Assembly (NCBI GenBank): GCA_019429005.1
Contig: JAHYJR010000009.1
Location: 1-28,526 of the forward strand
Source: Nanobdellati archaeon
GTDB lineage: Archaea > EX4484-52 > GLR71
Length of the DNA: 28,526 nucleotides
Direction: 5' to 3'
Each line of letters opens with the position of its first letter. The first letter of the stretch is position 1. The notes beneath the pieces were generated by a model that was not told the origin of the DNA, made no database searches, and worked only from the letters and a program-made list of their open reading frames with translations. The translations under genes and the position numbers were made by a program. This document shows, one piece after another, positions 7,984 to 17,324 of the stretch.

Positions 7984-8646
7984 TTAAAGATATTTGTTTT
8001 TCGTTAATATTGGATTTAAATGACTTAAAGTCTTATTAAAAAGTGCACCAATAGAATCCTCTTTTGTATGCCTGAAACCAATCTTAACAGTATCAAGCAC
8101 AACAACATTATCGTAATATTCTGAAAGTTTCAAGTAATTATTTCTTGCAATAATCTGCTTTTGAATATTTGACTCATCACGATTCATTGCTTCATTTCGA
8201 CTCGATAATCTCTCTGATGCAAGATAAGGTGGGATATCATATATAAGTATCAGACTTGGATCTGGCATAAAACTGTTAATCTCTTTAATATCTTGATAAG
8301 ATAAATCTCCAGATGTCTGTGATGCGAAAGTTGATGTTAAACCCCTGTTTGATATTACGTTTGTGCCTTTTGCTAAATTGGGCTCAATAACTGTCGATAA
8401 AAGATAAGCCCTATCAGCTGCAAAAAGATGTGCTTTTGTTCGATCATCAAATGCAACATCAGACGATTTTAGATTTGTTGCTTTCAAAAGAGCACCTATC
8501 GGATTCGCTGTAGGCTCCTGAACAAAAATACAATCTAAAGCATTTTTATCAACATAATGTTTAAGCAAATCTACTTGTGTATCTTTTCCAGAACCGCTTA
8601 TACCATCAAGAATTATGTAATTACCGCGTTCATTGTTTGGAACCAT
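7984..8646 (-). CDS. tmk: Thymidylate (dTMP) kinase
   Basis: P-loop ILDGISGSGKDTQ, QEPT, LFAADRA, VISNRG (canonical DR), PDPSLILIYD. Confidence 0.88.
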   Translation of the reverse strand: MVPNNERGNYIILDGISGSGKDTQVDLLKHYVDKNALDCIFVQEPTANPIGALLKATNLKSSDVAFDDRTKAHLFAADRAYLLSTVIEPNLAKGTNVISNRGLTSTFASQTSGDLSYQDIKEINSFMPDPSLILIYDIPPYLASERLSSRNEAMNRDESNIQKQIIARNNYLKLSEYYDNVVVLDTVKIGFRHTKEDSIGALFNKTLSHLNPILTKNKYL

Positions 8647-8785
8647 GCATATTATTTTAAAAAAAATATTATAAATCTATCTGTATTTCATAGTGGTAAC
8701 ATGTATAAAATTAATTTAATCTTATAATTGTATAGATGATGATACAATACCTAAAAAATCAACACATAAAACATATTGCCTAGAC

Positions 8786-9085
8786 ATGCCTACAGATGAA
8801 ATGATGACACAATATCTCTTAACTAGTTGGGATTATCCTGAAGAGACAGGTATAAAAACAATATCATTAAAGAATATAGAGGTACTATATTCATATTCAT
8901 ATACTTTAGAAGAATTATTGACAGAATTAGATAAAAATCATGAGAATAAAATTACAAGAATAAATATGGAGCTTTCAAGCTATTTTCCAGATGCTATTGA
9001 GTGCGTTATAAAATACATCGATAAGAACGCAGAAACAGCTATAAAGACACTTGAAGGTACAAATGAAGCATATATGGTAAAATAG
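8786..9085 (+). CDS. Hypothetical protein
   Basis: 99-aa acidic ORF filling the tmk-HerA gap. No recognisable motif. Confidence 0.6.
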   Translation: MPTDEMMTQYLLTSWDYPEETGIKTISLKNIEVLYSYSYTLEELLTELDKNHENKITRINMELSSYFPDAIECVIKYIDKNAETAIKTLEGTNEAYMVK

Positions 9086-9120
9086 AATCTATAAAAGTAT
9101 AAGCCCTATTTATAACAAAC

Positions 9121-10392
9121 TTAATCTTTAATTGCAATAGGGCTTCCACCAGCGTGCCAGCTCATTCTTGGCCTGACTCTGACAGGAATAAGTTTTTCGG
9201 AATTATCATCTAGAACTAATGCTGCACCTTTGACTTTTGGAAGAGTGTCAAAATAATTCTCAATACCATATTTCATATAAGATTGCATGACTTGTGTCAA
9301 TGCATCAATATCTTTTGATGATGTCAACCTGTGAGTCAGCACAAGATCGCATTGGCTTATAGCTTCTTGATGTAGTTTATTTGGCATCTGTGTCGCAAGA
9401 ACTAAAGATACGCCAGGTTCACGGCCAACCTTTACCCACTGAAGAAGCGGTAGCGATGCTGCGGTTGTTCCAACCATAGGAAGGAACTCGTGAGCTTCAT
9501 CAATAAACATCCAAGTTATAGGCATGTGACCTTCACCAGAACCACCCTCAAGACTTTCTTCTTCTTCCATACGCCTTGCTTTAATACGTGCGTCAAGAAT
9601 TTTCCTTGAAAGAAGTCCCACAACAAGAGATTTTACACTCCAGCCACCGCTTGCTTGAGAAAAATGACTTACATCTATAACTGTAACTTTACCAGGTTTT
9701 ACAATGGAATGTATATTTGACCCATCTTGATTAAAAATACCCCATTCATCTGCAACAATAAACCTATTTATCAAATTTTCTTTTGTAAGTTTCTCTGCAT
9801 CTTCGTCCTTTATGACTTCAATTATATCATCAATTGAATAATTTCCAGTACCTAATATCTGTTTCATAACACGTTGTAATAAAATACCCATTTCAGTATC
9901 AAGTTCAATATTAAAACTTAAGGCCCAATCAGATGTATTAAGCTCACTTGGCTTGAAACTGAAAATAGAGTCAAATGGAACATTATCATCTTCAAACAAT
10001 TTCTTATGCCCAAACGGTATCATCAGATTGATGTCAAAAGCTCTAGGTTTAAGTCCCCATTCTGAAAGAAGCTCACTATCACGATCATTTGGATATTTCA
10101 TACTCCAATAGATACCCATTGTATCTATTACAACGCCTGCAAGATTACGCCTGATATTGTCTGGAAAAAGCATTAATTCTTCAATAAGATTCCCCATTGT
10201 ATAGGATTTACCTTGTCCACGTTTACCAAAAAGACCTAATATATGTGGTCTTGAAAGATCAAAAAGAACAGGAGTAGTAAGATGAGTTTCCCCTTTATCG
10301 CCAACAATATGTTTTGCAATATAGCCCATACCTTTTGAACCATATTTAGCAAGATCGAAAAGATCACGACCTACAAGAATCTCATTAAGCAT
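9121..10392 (-). CDS. HerA/FtsK-family (DUF87) ATPase
   Basis: Walker A GKRGQGKS, VIDTMG, Walker B FIDEAHEF, GREPGVSLVLATQ. Confidence 0.88.
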   Translation of the reverse strand: MLNEILVGRDLFDLAKYGSKGMGYIAKHIVGDKGETHLTTPVLFDLSRPHILGLFGKRGQGKSYTMGNLIEELMLFPDNIRRNLAGVVIDTMGIYWSMKYPNDRDSELLSEWGLKPRAFDINLMIPFGHKKLFEDDNVPFDSIFSFKPSELNTSDWALSFNIELDTEMGILLQRVMKQILGTGNYSIDDIIEVIKDEDAEKLTKENLINRFIVADEWGIFNQDGSNIHSIVKPGKVTVIDVSHFSQASGGWSVKSLVVGLLSRKILDARIKARRMEEEESLEGGSGEGHMPITWMFIDEAHEFLPMVGTTAASLPLLQWVKVGREPGVSLVLATQMPNKLHQEAISQCDLVLTHRLTSSKDIDALTQVMQSYMKYGIENYFDTLPKVKGAALVLDDNSEKLIPVRVRPRMSWHAGGSPIAIKD

Positions 10393-10510
10393 AGTTATTA
10401 TTAGAAGTCATAGAATAAATAGATATGTTTATCTAAATATGCAAGAAGATGAACTTCAAGTAAGCTCTATGCACACTATACCCTTAAGAATATCAGACCA
10501 CGATTTTCCT

Positions 10511-10603
10511 CGTTCTTTAAGAGCATACGCAGAATCCTACTATTTTGTAATACTTTGTTGATGATTTGTTGTTTTGCGTTCTTTAAGAGCATACGCAGAA
10601 TCC
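10511..10603. repeat. 27-bp perfect direct repeat pair (CGTTCTTTAAGAGCATACGCAGAATCC) separated by 39 bp
   Basis: Copies at 10511-10537 and 10577-10603. Confidence 0.92.
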
Positions 10604-10920
10604 GACAGACTATAATCTGCAAACTTAAGCTCGTTCGCATCATATAAAAGATATACCAAAGGATTGCTTTTGACATATTCAGACGCTTTCGTACTTGATT
10701 CAGATCCATATATAAATTCATTTGAATTTAATCCTGTTGCAACTTCAATTTTTTTTGAATTTCCACTTTCATTAAGTACCCTATCTATACCATACAATAA
10801 AACATTCATCAAATTCTTAGGATGGATACCCCTAAATATAATATTGACCGAAGTATCAAGCATCACCTGTACAATATATCTTAAAGAATCTTTTCTATAC
10901 AGATCAAGCATAGTACCCAT
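10540..10920 (-). CDS. Hypothetical protein, possibly truncated by a 66-bp duplication/insertion
   Basis: 126-aa ORF with GGTGAT immediately upstream. The 3' end spans a 27-bp direct repeat. Confidence 0.6.
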   Translation of the reverse strand: MGTMLDLYRKDSLRYIVQVMLDTSVNIIFRGIHPKNLMNVLLYGIDRVLNESGNSKKIEVATGLNSNEFIYGSESSTKASEYVKSNPLVYLLYDANELKFADYSLSDSAYALKERKTTNHQQSITK

Positions 10921-11179
10921 ATCACCATTATGTTTAAGTAATTATGTATTTAAAAACGTTGAAAATTATGGATCCTTAGAAGATATCAAAGATTCTGACA
11001 TAGTCATATTATAAATTGGTATGAGATTTCCATTAATTTCGACTTCATCCTCATCACGAATTAAATCATACATATAATTAAGAGCATCAACAGCCATAAA
11101 AACACATAATCCTACAATTACCTGAATATTTATTTTTAAACCTATGCAAAATAATATAAAAATCAAAAAAGTATAATAA

Positions 11180-11383
11180 ATGATGAGCGAACACAAAATA
11201 AAAATATCTGATAAAGATAATGACTCTCTTAAAAACGCTATTGAAAACGCGATACAACTAGCATCAGAGAATCGTGTTGGTATTGATATTGAATTTGATA
11301 ACGAAGATATTAAATACAAAGGTATAAAGATAAATGTGAATGGAAAGCTCAATATAAAGTGCTCAGGCGATAATAATGATTAA
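11180..11383 (+). CDS. Small hypothetical protein
   Basis: 67 aa. Overlaps the start of the next ORF, consistent with translational coupling. Confidence 0.55.
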   Translation: MMSEHKIKISDKDNDSLKNAIENAIQLASENRVGIDIEFDNEDIKYKGIKINVNGKLNIKCSGDNND

Positions 11384-11585
11384 AGCAAGACTATCTATAG
11401 ATGATAAAGATATGATATCTGCTATTGTCAAAGGCAATGAAATTGATATTGATATTCTTGATTATATGAAAGTTCTTAGAACACCAAAACTTGTTAAGAT
11501 TGCACTGAACCTGAAAAGTATATCCTCTGGAAAATATAAGGTAAACATAAAGAAAAACTTTTTCTCCAATATATTTGGAAAATGA
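11376..11585 (+). CDS. Small hypothetical protein
   Basis: 69 aa. AGGCGA SD-like sequence upstream, coupled to the previous ORF. Confidence 0.55.
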   Translation: MIKARLSIDDKDMISAIVKGNEIDIDILDYMKVLRTPKLVKIALNLKSISSGKYKVNIKKNFFSNIFGK

Positions 11586-11649
11586 TTAATTAAATAATTG
11601 ATTAAACGACTTTCAAAGCAATATTATTTAAATCAAAAAATATTAAAAT

Positions 11650-12270
11650 TTAAAAAATACCCATTAATAGGAACGCAAAAAGTAGCATAGCTCCCCAAAT
11701 TGCCTTATTATACTTAAATACCTTATAGCCATCAAAAGGTACTACAGGTATCAAATTAAACATAGCAAGGAATGCATTTACATATGCTATTGATAAGGCA
11801 ATTGAATAGTTTGAGAAAAACAATATCATAGTAAGTGCAACTATTAAATTTACAATTGGTCCCGATCCAGATACGATTGCATCTTCTTTTTTTGTGAGTT
11901 TTGTTCTAGAAACACCAAAGTGATCTATATAACCACTATAGACTACAACTGCACCAGGTGCGGCTATCACAAAATTGCCATTTGTAACAACTGCAAGAAT
12001 GAATGCCCATTTAAGACCAGACCACCAAATCTGATATTGTGCTATACATTTATAATGCATGGCTGAAAACTTATGCGCAAGCTCATGTGGAATAAATGCA
12101 AAAATTATTATAAGAAAATATAAAATAAAGCCTACGAGTATATTTGTTAAAGACATTGAAAATACGCTTAAACCCGGATAAAAAAAAACAAATGCAAGTA
12201 TTACAGATGAAAGAAGAATATCTTTAATTTCTTTAAATGTAAAACCCAATTGCTTTAATTTTTGTTTCAT
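11650..12270 (-). CDS. Site-2 protease (peptidase M50) membrane metalloprotease
   Basis: HELAH, SGSGPIVN, FNLIPVVPFDG and several TM helices. ATG 12270 taken as the likely start. Confidence 0.9.
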   Translation of the reverse strand: MKQKLKQLGFTFKEIKDILLSSVILAFVFFYPGLSVFSMSLTNILVGFILYFLIIIFAFIPHELAHKFSAMHYKCIAQYQIWWSGLKWAFILAVVTNGNFVIAAPGAVVVYSGYIDHFGVSRTKLTKKEDAIVSGSGPIVNLIVALTMILFFSNYSIALSIAYVNAFLAMFNLIPVVPFDGYKVFKYNKAIWGAMLLFAFLLMGIF

Positions 12271-12430
12271 AAAAACCAACTTACTTCTTACATTTAGAGA
12301 GATACCTATAAATAACAATCAAAAACGCTTAAAAAAATATTAAAAATAGTGTAAAAATAGAAAAATTTTAAAAAAAATATATTATGTGGGACAAAATCCC
12401 ATCATAACATTTTAAGTTAGATTATAAAAT

Positions 12431-12928
12431 TTAACTTATATCAGCAGAGTCTGAAATTGTTGCAGCAACACTACCTGCGATTGGATGTGGTATACCATCA
12501 GATGTATACTTTATTGTTAGACTACCGTCGTAACAAGCTCCAGCAGCACCTGGTGTATTTATAGCAGCAGCAAGAACTGTAACCGTACATGCAGTACCTT
12601 TAGGTATTGTAGTACCAGTACAACCAACGCCTACACTTGTAGTTATGTTTGTTGTTGCAGAACCTATTTGTGTCAAAGTTATGTCATTACCCATAGCGTT
12701 TGTTATTTTAATCATAACCTCACCATCTGTATCGACTGCAAATCCTTCAACTAACATGTTTGGTGACTTGAAATTTGTAGTATCTGTACATGAACCTCCA
12801 AAAAGACCCATCTGAAAAAGAACACCAGCGACAACAACAATTGCAAGAAGTGCCCAACCGTAAGTCATAAGATACTCTGTTGCGGATTGTGCTTTCTTTA
12901 TTCCTTTATTATTAAATATATTCAACAT
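12431..12928 (-). CDS. Archaeal type IV pilin (class III signal peptide), likely the major pilin
   Basis: KKAQSATEYLMTYGWALLAIVVV. GGAGG SD precedes ATG 12928. Four Cys in the globular part. Confidence 0.88.
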   Translation of the reverse strand: MLNIFNNKGIKKAQSATEYLMTYGWALLAIVVVAGVLFQMGLFGGSCTDTTNFKSPNMLVEGFAVDTDGEVMIKITNAMGNDITLTQIGSATTNITTSVGVGCTGTTIPKGTACTVTVLAAAINTPGAAGACYDGSLTIKYTSDGIPHPIAGSVAATISDSADIS

Positions 12929-12993
12929 TTTAATTTCCTCCATTTATCTTTAAAGTTTGATAAACTTAGTATAAACATAATATGTTTTTTTAG

Positions 12994-13010
12994 TATATAT
13001 ATAATTTTCG
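12994..13010 (-). promoter_or_regulatory. BRE + TATA box upstream of the pilin gene
   Basis: Minus strand reads CGAAAA-TTATATATA, matching the archaeal BRE/TATA consensus about 65 nt above the start codon. Confidence 0.6.
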
Positions 13011-13042
13011 GTTTAATGTGTTATTAATTAAGGTCCATAAGA

Positions 13043-14167
13043 CTATAACCCACCCATCAAAACAAAAAGGATATGTTTTGCAATAAAGAAAATCACGATA
13101 GATACCACTACAAATATAGGGCTGTAATTAATACCACCTTTGATGTTTCCATTCTTGATAAGAGAAATCACAAGACCTGCAAAAAAGTTTGTTATAAATA
13201 TAGCAGTAATTGCAAAACCATCGAAAAATGCAGGGTCTACAGATGGTGCTGATGGTGATATTGACATAAGTGAAGAACCCATATTCTTTGAACCAAAATC
13301 ACCCATCCCACCCCACATATCAATTGTACTTGAAATAAGATAGCTTGAAATTGCAAACATAATAGGAGATGCGATAACGCCGGCAATTATAATAAATATA
13401 AGATACATCTGGATACTTGAATTTATCTCTTTCTTCAACACCTTTGCATTCTCAATATCATTTGCACTTTCTTCAAGAAGTGTTGCAATCTGACCACCGT
13501 TTTTCATACCTTCAACAAGAAGATTTATTACACGTTCAAGATGTTCAGAATAAATGTTATCTGTAAGTTTTTTGAACGCTTTTTCAGGTTTTATACCACT
13601 ATAAATCATAAATGCAGTTTTCTTTATTTCAACAGATAATGCACCAAATTCTTTTCTTGCAGAAAAGATTAACGCTTTATCAATAGTATAACCAGATTTT
13701 ATGTTTGATGAGGCCAATATAAGCACATCAGATAAAATCTTTTCAACATCTTTTGTCCGATTATCAGCCATCACAGTATAAATAATATAAGGTACAAAAA
13801 AGGACACTACAATAAAAAACAATGAAATTGTTAAAAACAAATAGGTAGGCATAAGTAAAAACAAATTTGCAACAACAAGCAAAGCTAAAAATAAGAACAT
13901 GAAAAATCTACTAATAATTACAGCTTGATGATCTATTGGATGTTTTATACCAGCATAAATTGCTTCTTTTTCTAGTAAGGCACGATATTTTGCCGGATAT
14001 TTATGATATATAGCTTTAACATAATCTTTTTGTACATCTTGATACCCTTTAATATTTGAATTAGAACGTTTCCTTTTTTGAGATGTTGAGTGAGTTGAAG
14101 GTGTATTCTGTTCACTATATGATTCAGATTCCATAGACCCCTTATCAACGATATCATCATCAGACAT
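13043..14167 (-). CDS. Type IV pilus/T2SS F-family membrane platform protein (TadC/FlaJ-like)
   Basis: ASSNIKSG..IDKAL...EFGALS.E, GG.IA.LLE, multiple TM helices. Start uncertain (14167-14179). Confidence 0.88.
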   Translation of the reverse strand: MSDDDIVDKGSMESESYSEQNTPSTHSTSQKRKRSNSNIKGYQDVQKDYVKAIYHKYPAKYRALLEKEAIYAGIKHPIDHQAVIISRFFMFLFLALLVVANLFLLMPTYLFLTISLFFIVVSFFVPYIIYTVMADNRTKDVEKILSDVLILASSNIKSGYTIDKALIFSARKEFGALSVEIKKTAFMIYSGIKPEKAFKKLTDNIYSEHLERVINLLVEGMKNGGQIATLLEESANDIENAKVLKKEINSSIQMYLIFIIIAGVIASPIMFAISSYLISSTIDMWGGMGDFGSKNMGSSLMSISPSAPSVDPAFFDGFAITAIFITNFFAGLVISLIKNGNIKGGINYSPIFVVVSIVIFFIAKHILFVLMGGL

Positions 14168-14179
14168 AAAACATAACAC

Positions 14180-15043
14180 CTATAACCTTACAAGTGGTCT
14201 TTTTGTCTTGACCACATTTATGAAAAATATCTGAAACCCTACTAAAAACACTAATATTAAATAAAATACCTTATTGCCAAAACCAGTACCTACAAAAGTT
14301 GAAAGAAGCATGAATAACGTTATACCTAAGGATGGCATAATAACACCAATCATCATATACATCATAGTAAAAGGATTAAGTTCCTGACCATATTTCTTTA
14401 TTGAAATCATCTGTTCTTTTATGATATTATTAACACTAGTCTTAAGAGGTTTTTCAATATCAGTACCAGTTCTCAAAGCATTAAGTATCTGCCAAAAAGA
14501 TTTCCTATAAAGATAAGAGGGGCTTGTGATAACACTTTCCTCAATCGCTTCAATTTCAGATTTCCCACCATTTATCTGTTTCAATATATGTTTCATTTCA
14601 AGAGATATTTCACCATAATTTTCTGAGATTGATACAAGCGCATTATAAAGAGGGATACCGGAGCGAATATTAATTAGAAGATGACGAAGTGCATAAGGAA
14701 GTTCCCTATCAAGCTCACGACCTCTTTTTTTTGCGATGATTTTAGGTTGATATAATTCAGAATAAAGACTAAACATAAACAAGATAGGTACTATAACAAT
14801 ACCTAGCATGTAGATGCTTGAAATCCTCGTAAAAAGACCTAATAACAAAAAAGATACAAGAACTAAAAGCGATAAATTTGCAGATTTAAAAATTGATAGA
14901 GCTATATGTTCATTAAGACTTTTTTTTATTCTTGCCTGAGAAAGATCAATTTCAATATTAATAAAATACGGTGCTATATTTTCACCAAAATGCCTAAAAA
15001 TTTTAGGAATTGGTTTATTTTTAGATATTACCATAACAACCAT
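14180..15043 (-). CDS. Type IV pilus/T2SS F-family membrane platform protein (TadB/C-like)
   Basis: ELPYALRHL...SGIPLYNAL...YGEIS.E, YGQELNP, TM helices. Confidence 0.88.
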   Translation of the reverse strand: MVVMVISKNKPIPKIFRHFGENIAPYFINIEIDLSQARIKKSLNEHIALSIFKSANLSLLVLVSFLLLGLFTRISSIYMLGIVIVPILFMFSLYSELYQPKIIAKKRGRELDRELPYALRHLLINIRSGIPLYNALVSISENYGEISLEMKHILKQINGGKSEIEAIEESVITSPSYLYRKSFWQILNALRTGTDIEKPLKTSVNNIIKEQMISIKKYGQELNPFTMMYMMIGVIMPSLGITLFMLLSTFVGTGFGNKVFYLILVFLVGFQIFFINVVKTKRPLVRL

Positions 15044-15096
15044 ACACCAAAAACATTAAAAATCACACAAAGACTTTCTAAACAATAAATTAACTA

Positions 15097-17010
15097 TCAA
15101 TTTATACCAATAATCTTTTCAGGAGACCCATTAGATTTTGCAAGTTTAACCACGGCTCCCTCATCACGATAATATTCTGCAATGATTTTTCCAACATTGT
15201 TTATATCTTTAATACCCTTATCTAACATCCATTGAAGTACAATCTGTTTTTCAACTAAATTCTCTTCAATTTCAGTCTCATTCATACCAGTATAAAGATT
15301 TATCTCATTTATCAACCGTATAAGACGCCCTTTTCGAATAAATGTATCAGTATGCACGTCCCACTTATATACTACGTTTACCTCATTTGAGACATCTACA
15401 GGAACTATTTCTGCAACTTCAAGAGTTCTTCTAACACCCATACGTCTCTGACGATATTGAACAACCATAAGGTGTAATGCACTGATTAAAGATGCGGGAA
15501 GATTCATAGGTGGATTTATAAGACGTTGATATGCCTGTTCAGCACGATCAGAATGAAATGTAGCATAAGCAGAGTGACCAGTCCGAATTGCTTCAAACAT
15601 AACTTCGGCTTCTTTTCTACGCCGAATCTCTCCGATAATAATCCTGTCAGGTCGCATCCTCAACGAATTTACAAGGAGATCAAGCATAGATACCTTACCT
15701 TGACCTTCTGCATTTGCTTCTCTTGCAGATAATGGCACCCAATGTAAAAATTTAGGTAATTGTATTTCACGAGTATCTTCAATTGAGATGATTCTCTGAT
15801 TTGGTGGTATAAACGGTATAAGCGCATTTAAAAGAGAAGTCTTACCACTTGCAGTACCACCTACAACAAGTATATTAAGCTCATATTGTAATGCAAGCCA
15901 AAGAAGTGCTGCAACTTCCTTTGAAAGTGTGTTTATCTTAGGATCTATAAGATGCACAATAGTCCAAGGATCTCTAGAAAAACGACGAATTGTTAAAGTG
16001 TTACCTTGAGAAGATATTGGAGATATCGTTGCATTAACACGATCTCCTGTTGTAAGGTATGCATCCATAAGAGGATGAAGATTTGTTATTTGCCTTCCAA
16101 CTTTACGCCCAATAGCACCCGCATAATTATATATCATCTCTTCGCTTTTGAAAAGAATATTTGTCTTTACCCAACCAAACCTTTTATGATAGACCCAAAC
16201 TGGCTCAGAACTACTATTTACAACAATCTCTTCAAGATTATCATCATTTAAAAGAAGTTCAATATCACCAAGACCTAACATCTCATGAATCAGATTACCA
16301 CTGATTAAATTCATCTCTAGTTTTGATAGCCCTGGAAGATATTTATCAATAAGTTCATAAGACCGTTCCATAAAACGTTTCTTTATAGTTATTATCGCTT
16401 GAGGATCCACAAATTCTTTAGTTGTTATATCAACTGAAGAGATTATCTCTTCACGGATTTTATCAACAATTGCTCTTGTTGCTGGCTGAATAAGTGCACG
16501 TTTTATATCATAGATTGGTACATATTCTTCCAAAGTTGTATAAATAGTAACTCTAGCTGGAACATTATCTGCTATAAGATCATATTCCATCTTGATTGTC
16601 CTATCAGCACCGATTTGTTTAGGATGTGTGTCAACAGATTTATTTGGTTTAGATATGGTTTTATGGAGAGGTTTATGATCTGATTTAGATATGGTTTTAT
16701 GGAGAGGTTTATGATCTGATTTAGATATGGTTTTATGGAGAGGTTTATGATCTGATTTAGATATGGTTTTATGGAGAGGTTTATGATCTGATTTAGATAT
16801 GGTTTTATGGAGAGGTTTAGATTTAGTAGTAATCTTTTTTTTAGATGAACTCTTTGAATTTGATTTATGTGTCTGTTTAGGTATAATGTCATGTACTAAT
16901 TTAGAAATGGCCTTCTTTAAAACCTTAGAAGTTGAACCTGAAACAGACTTAGGATGTGATTTATTTGATGTTTTAGTTGATTTATCCACATTTACCGATT
17001 TTTTTACCAT
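15097..17010 (-). CDS. Type IV pilus assembly ATPase (CpaF/VirB11/FlaI family) with low-complexity N-terminal extension
   Basis: GGTASGKTS, SIEDTREI, SLRMRPDRIIIGEIR, TGHSAYATFH. Confidence 0.93.
   Translation of the reverse strand: MVKKSVNVDKSTKTSNKSHPKSVSGSTSKVLKKAISKLVHDIIPKQTHKSNSKSSSKKKITTKSKPLHKTISKSDHKPLHKTISKSDHKPLHKTISKSDHKPLHKTISKSDHKPLHKTISKPNKSVDTHPKQIGADRTIKMEYDLIADNVPARVTIYTTLEEYVPIYDIKRALIQPATRAIVDKIREEIISSVDITTKEFVDPQAIITIKKRFMERSYELIDKYLPGLSKLEMNLISGNLIHEMLGLGDIELLLNDDNLEEIVVNSSSEPVWVYHKRFGWVKTNILFKSEEMIYNYAGAIGRKVGRQITNLHPLMDAYLTTGDRVNATISPISSQGNTLTIRRFSRDPWTIVHLIDPKINTLSKEVAALLWLALQYELNILVVGGTASGKTSLLNALIPFIPPNQRIISIEDTREIQLPKFLHWVPLSAREANAEGQGKVSMLDLLVNSLRMRPDRIIIGEIRRRKEAEVMFEAIRTGHSAYATFHSDRAEQAYQRLINPPMNLPASLISALHLMVVQYRQRRMGVRRTLEVAEIVPVDVSNEVNVVYKWDVHTDTFIRKGRLIRLINEINLYTGMNETEIEENLVEKQIVLQWMLDKGIKDINNVGKIIAEYYRDEGAVVKLAKSNGSPEKIIGIN
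16648..16819. repeat. 36-bp in-frame tandem repeat x ~4.8 encoding (SDHKPLHKTISK)n
   Basis: Unit TTTAGATATGGTTTTATGGAGAGGTTTATGATCTGA at 16648, 16684, 16720 and 16756, partial at 16792. Confidence 0.97.
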
Positions 17011-17127
17011 TATAACACCAACCTAACAAGAATATAGCTATATAAATACTTGTAGGACGTTGCTATTAAAGGTTTTGTAATACCTATACATATATAAAAT
17101 GTTACTACTAAGTAATACTGTGATAAT

Positions 17128-17319
17128 ATGCCAAATGATTCAAATATTTATAAAGTAATAGTAGAGGGATTATATCCTAAAAACGATGCTATTGTTCAAG
17201 AAAGTCTAGTTAAAATTGAAATGGTATTTATACCAAAACCATATGTACCAACTTTGATTGGACGGACAGCAAAGTATTCTGATGAAAAGCCATATGATGG
17301 CGGGGTTGAAGTTCTTTAA
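17128..17319 (+). CDS. Small hypothetical protein
   Basis: 63 aa with GTGAT upstream. Converges on the next gene. Confidence 0.5.
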   Translation: MPNDSNIYKVIVEGLYPKNDAIVQESLVKIEMVFIPKPYVPTLIGRTAKYSDEKPYDGGVEVL

Positions 17320-17324
17320 AAAAA

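Noticed and set aside
10511-10603. Bona fide CRISPR array
   Set aside because: Only two copies, nothing similar one period up- or downstream, no cas genes, and the repeat is in frame with a coding sequence.
10966-11352. 128-aa minus-strand ORF
   Set aside because: Its 5' half is antisense to a better plus-strand ORF. Only a ~43-aa piece from ATG 11097 might be real, and it has no supporting motif.
16572-16892. Alternative-frame repeat protein (NLSIKPYLNQII)n
   Set aside because: Shadow frame of the 36-bp repeat inside the ATPase gene.
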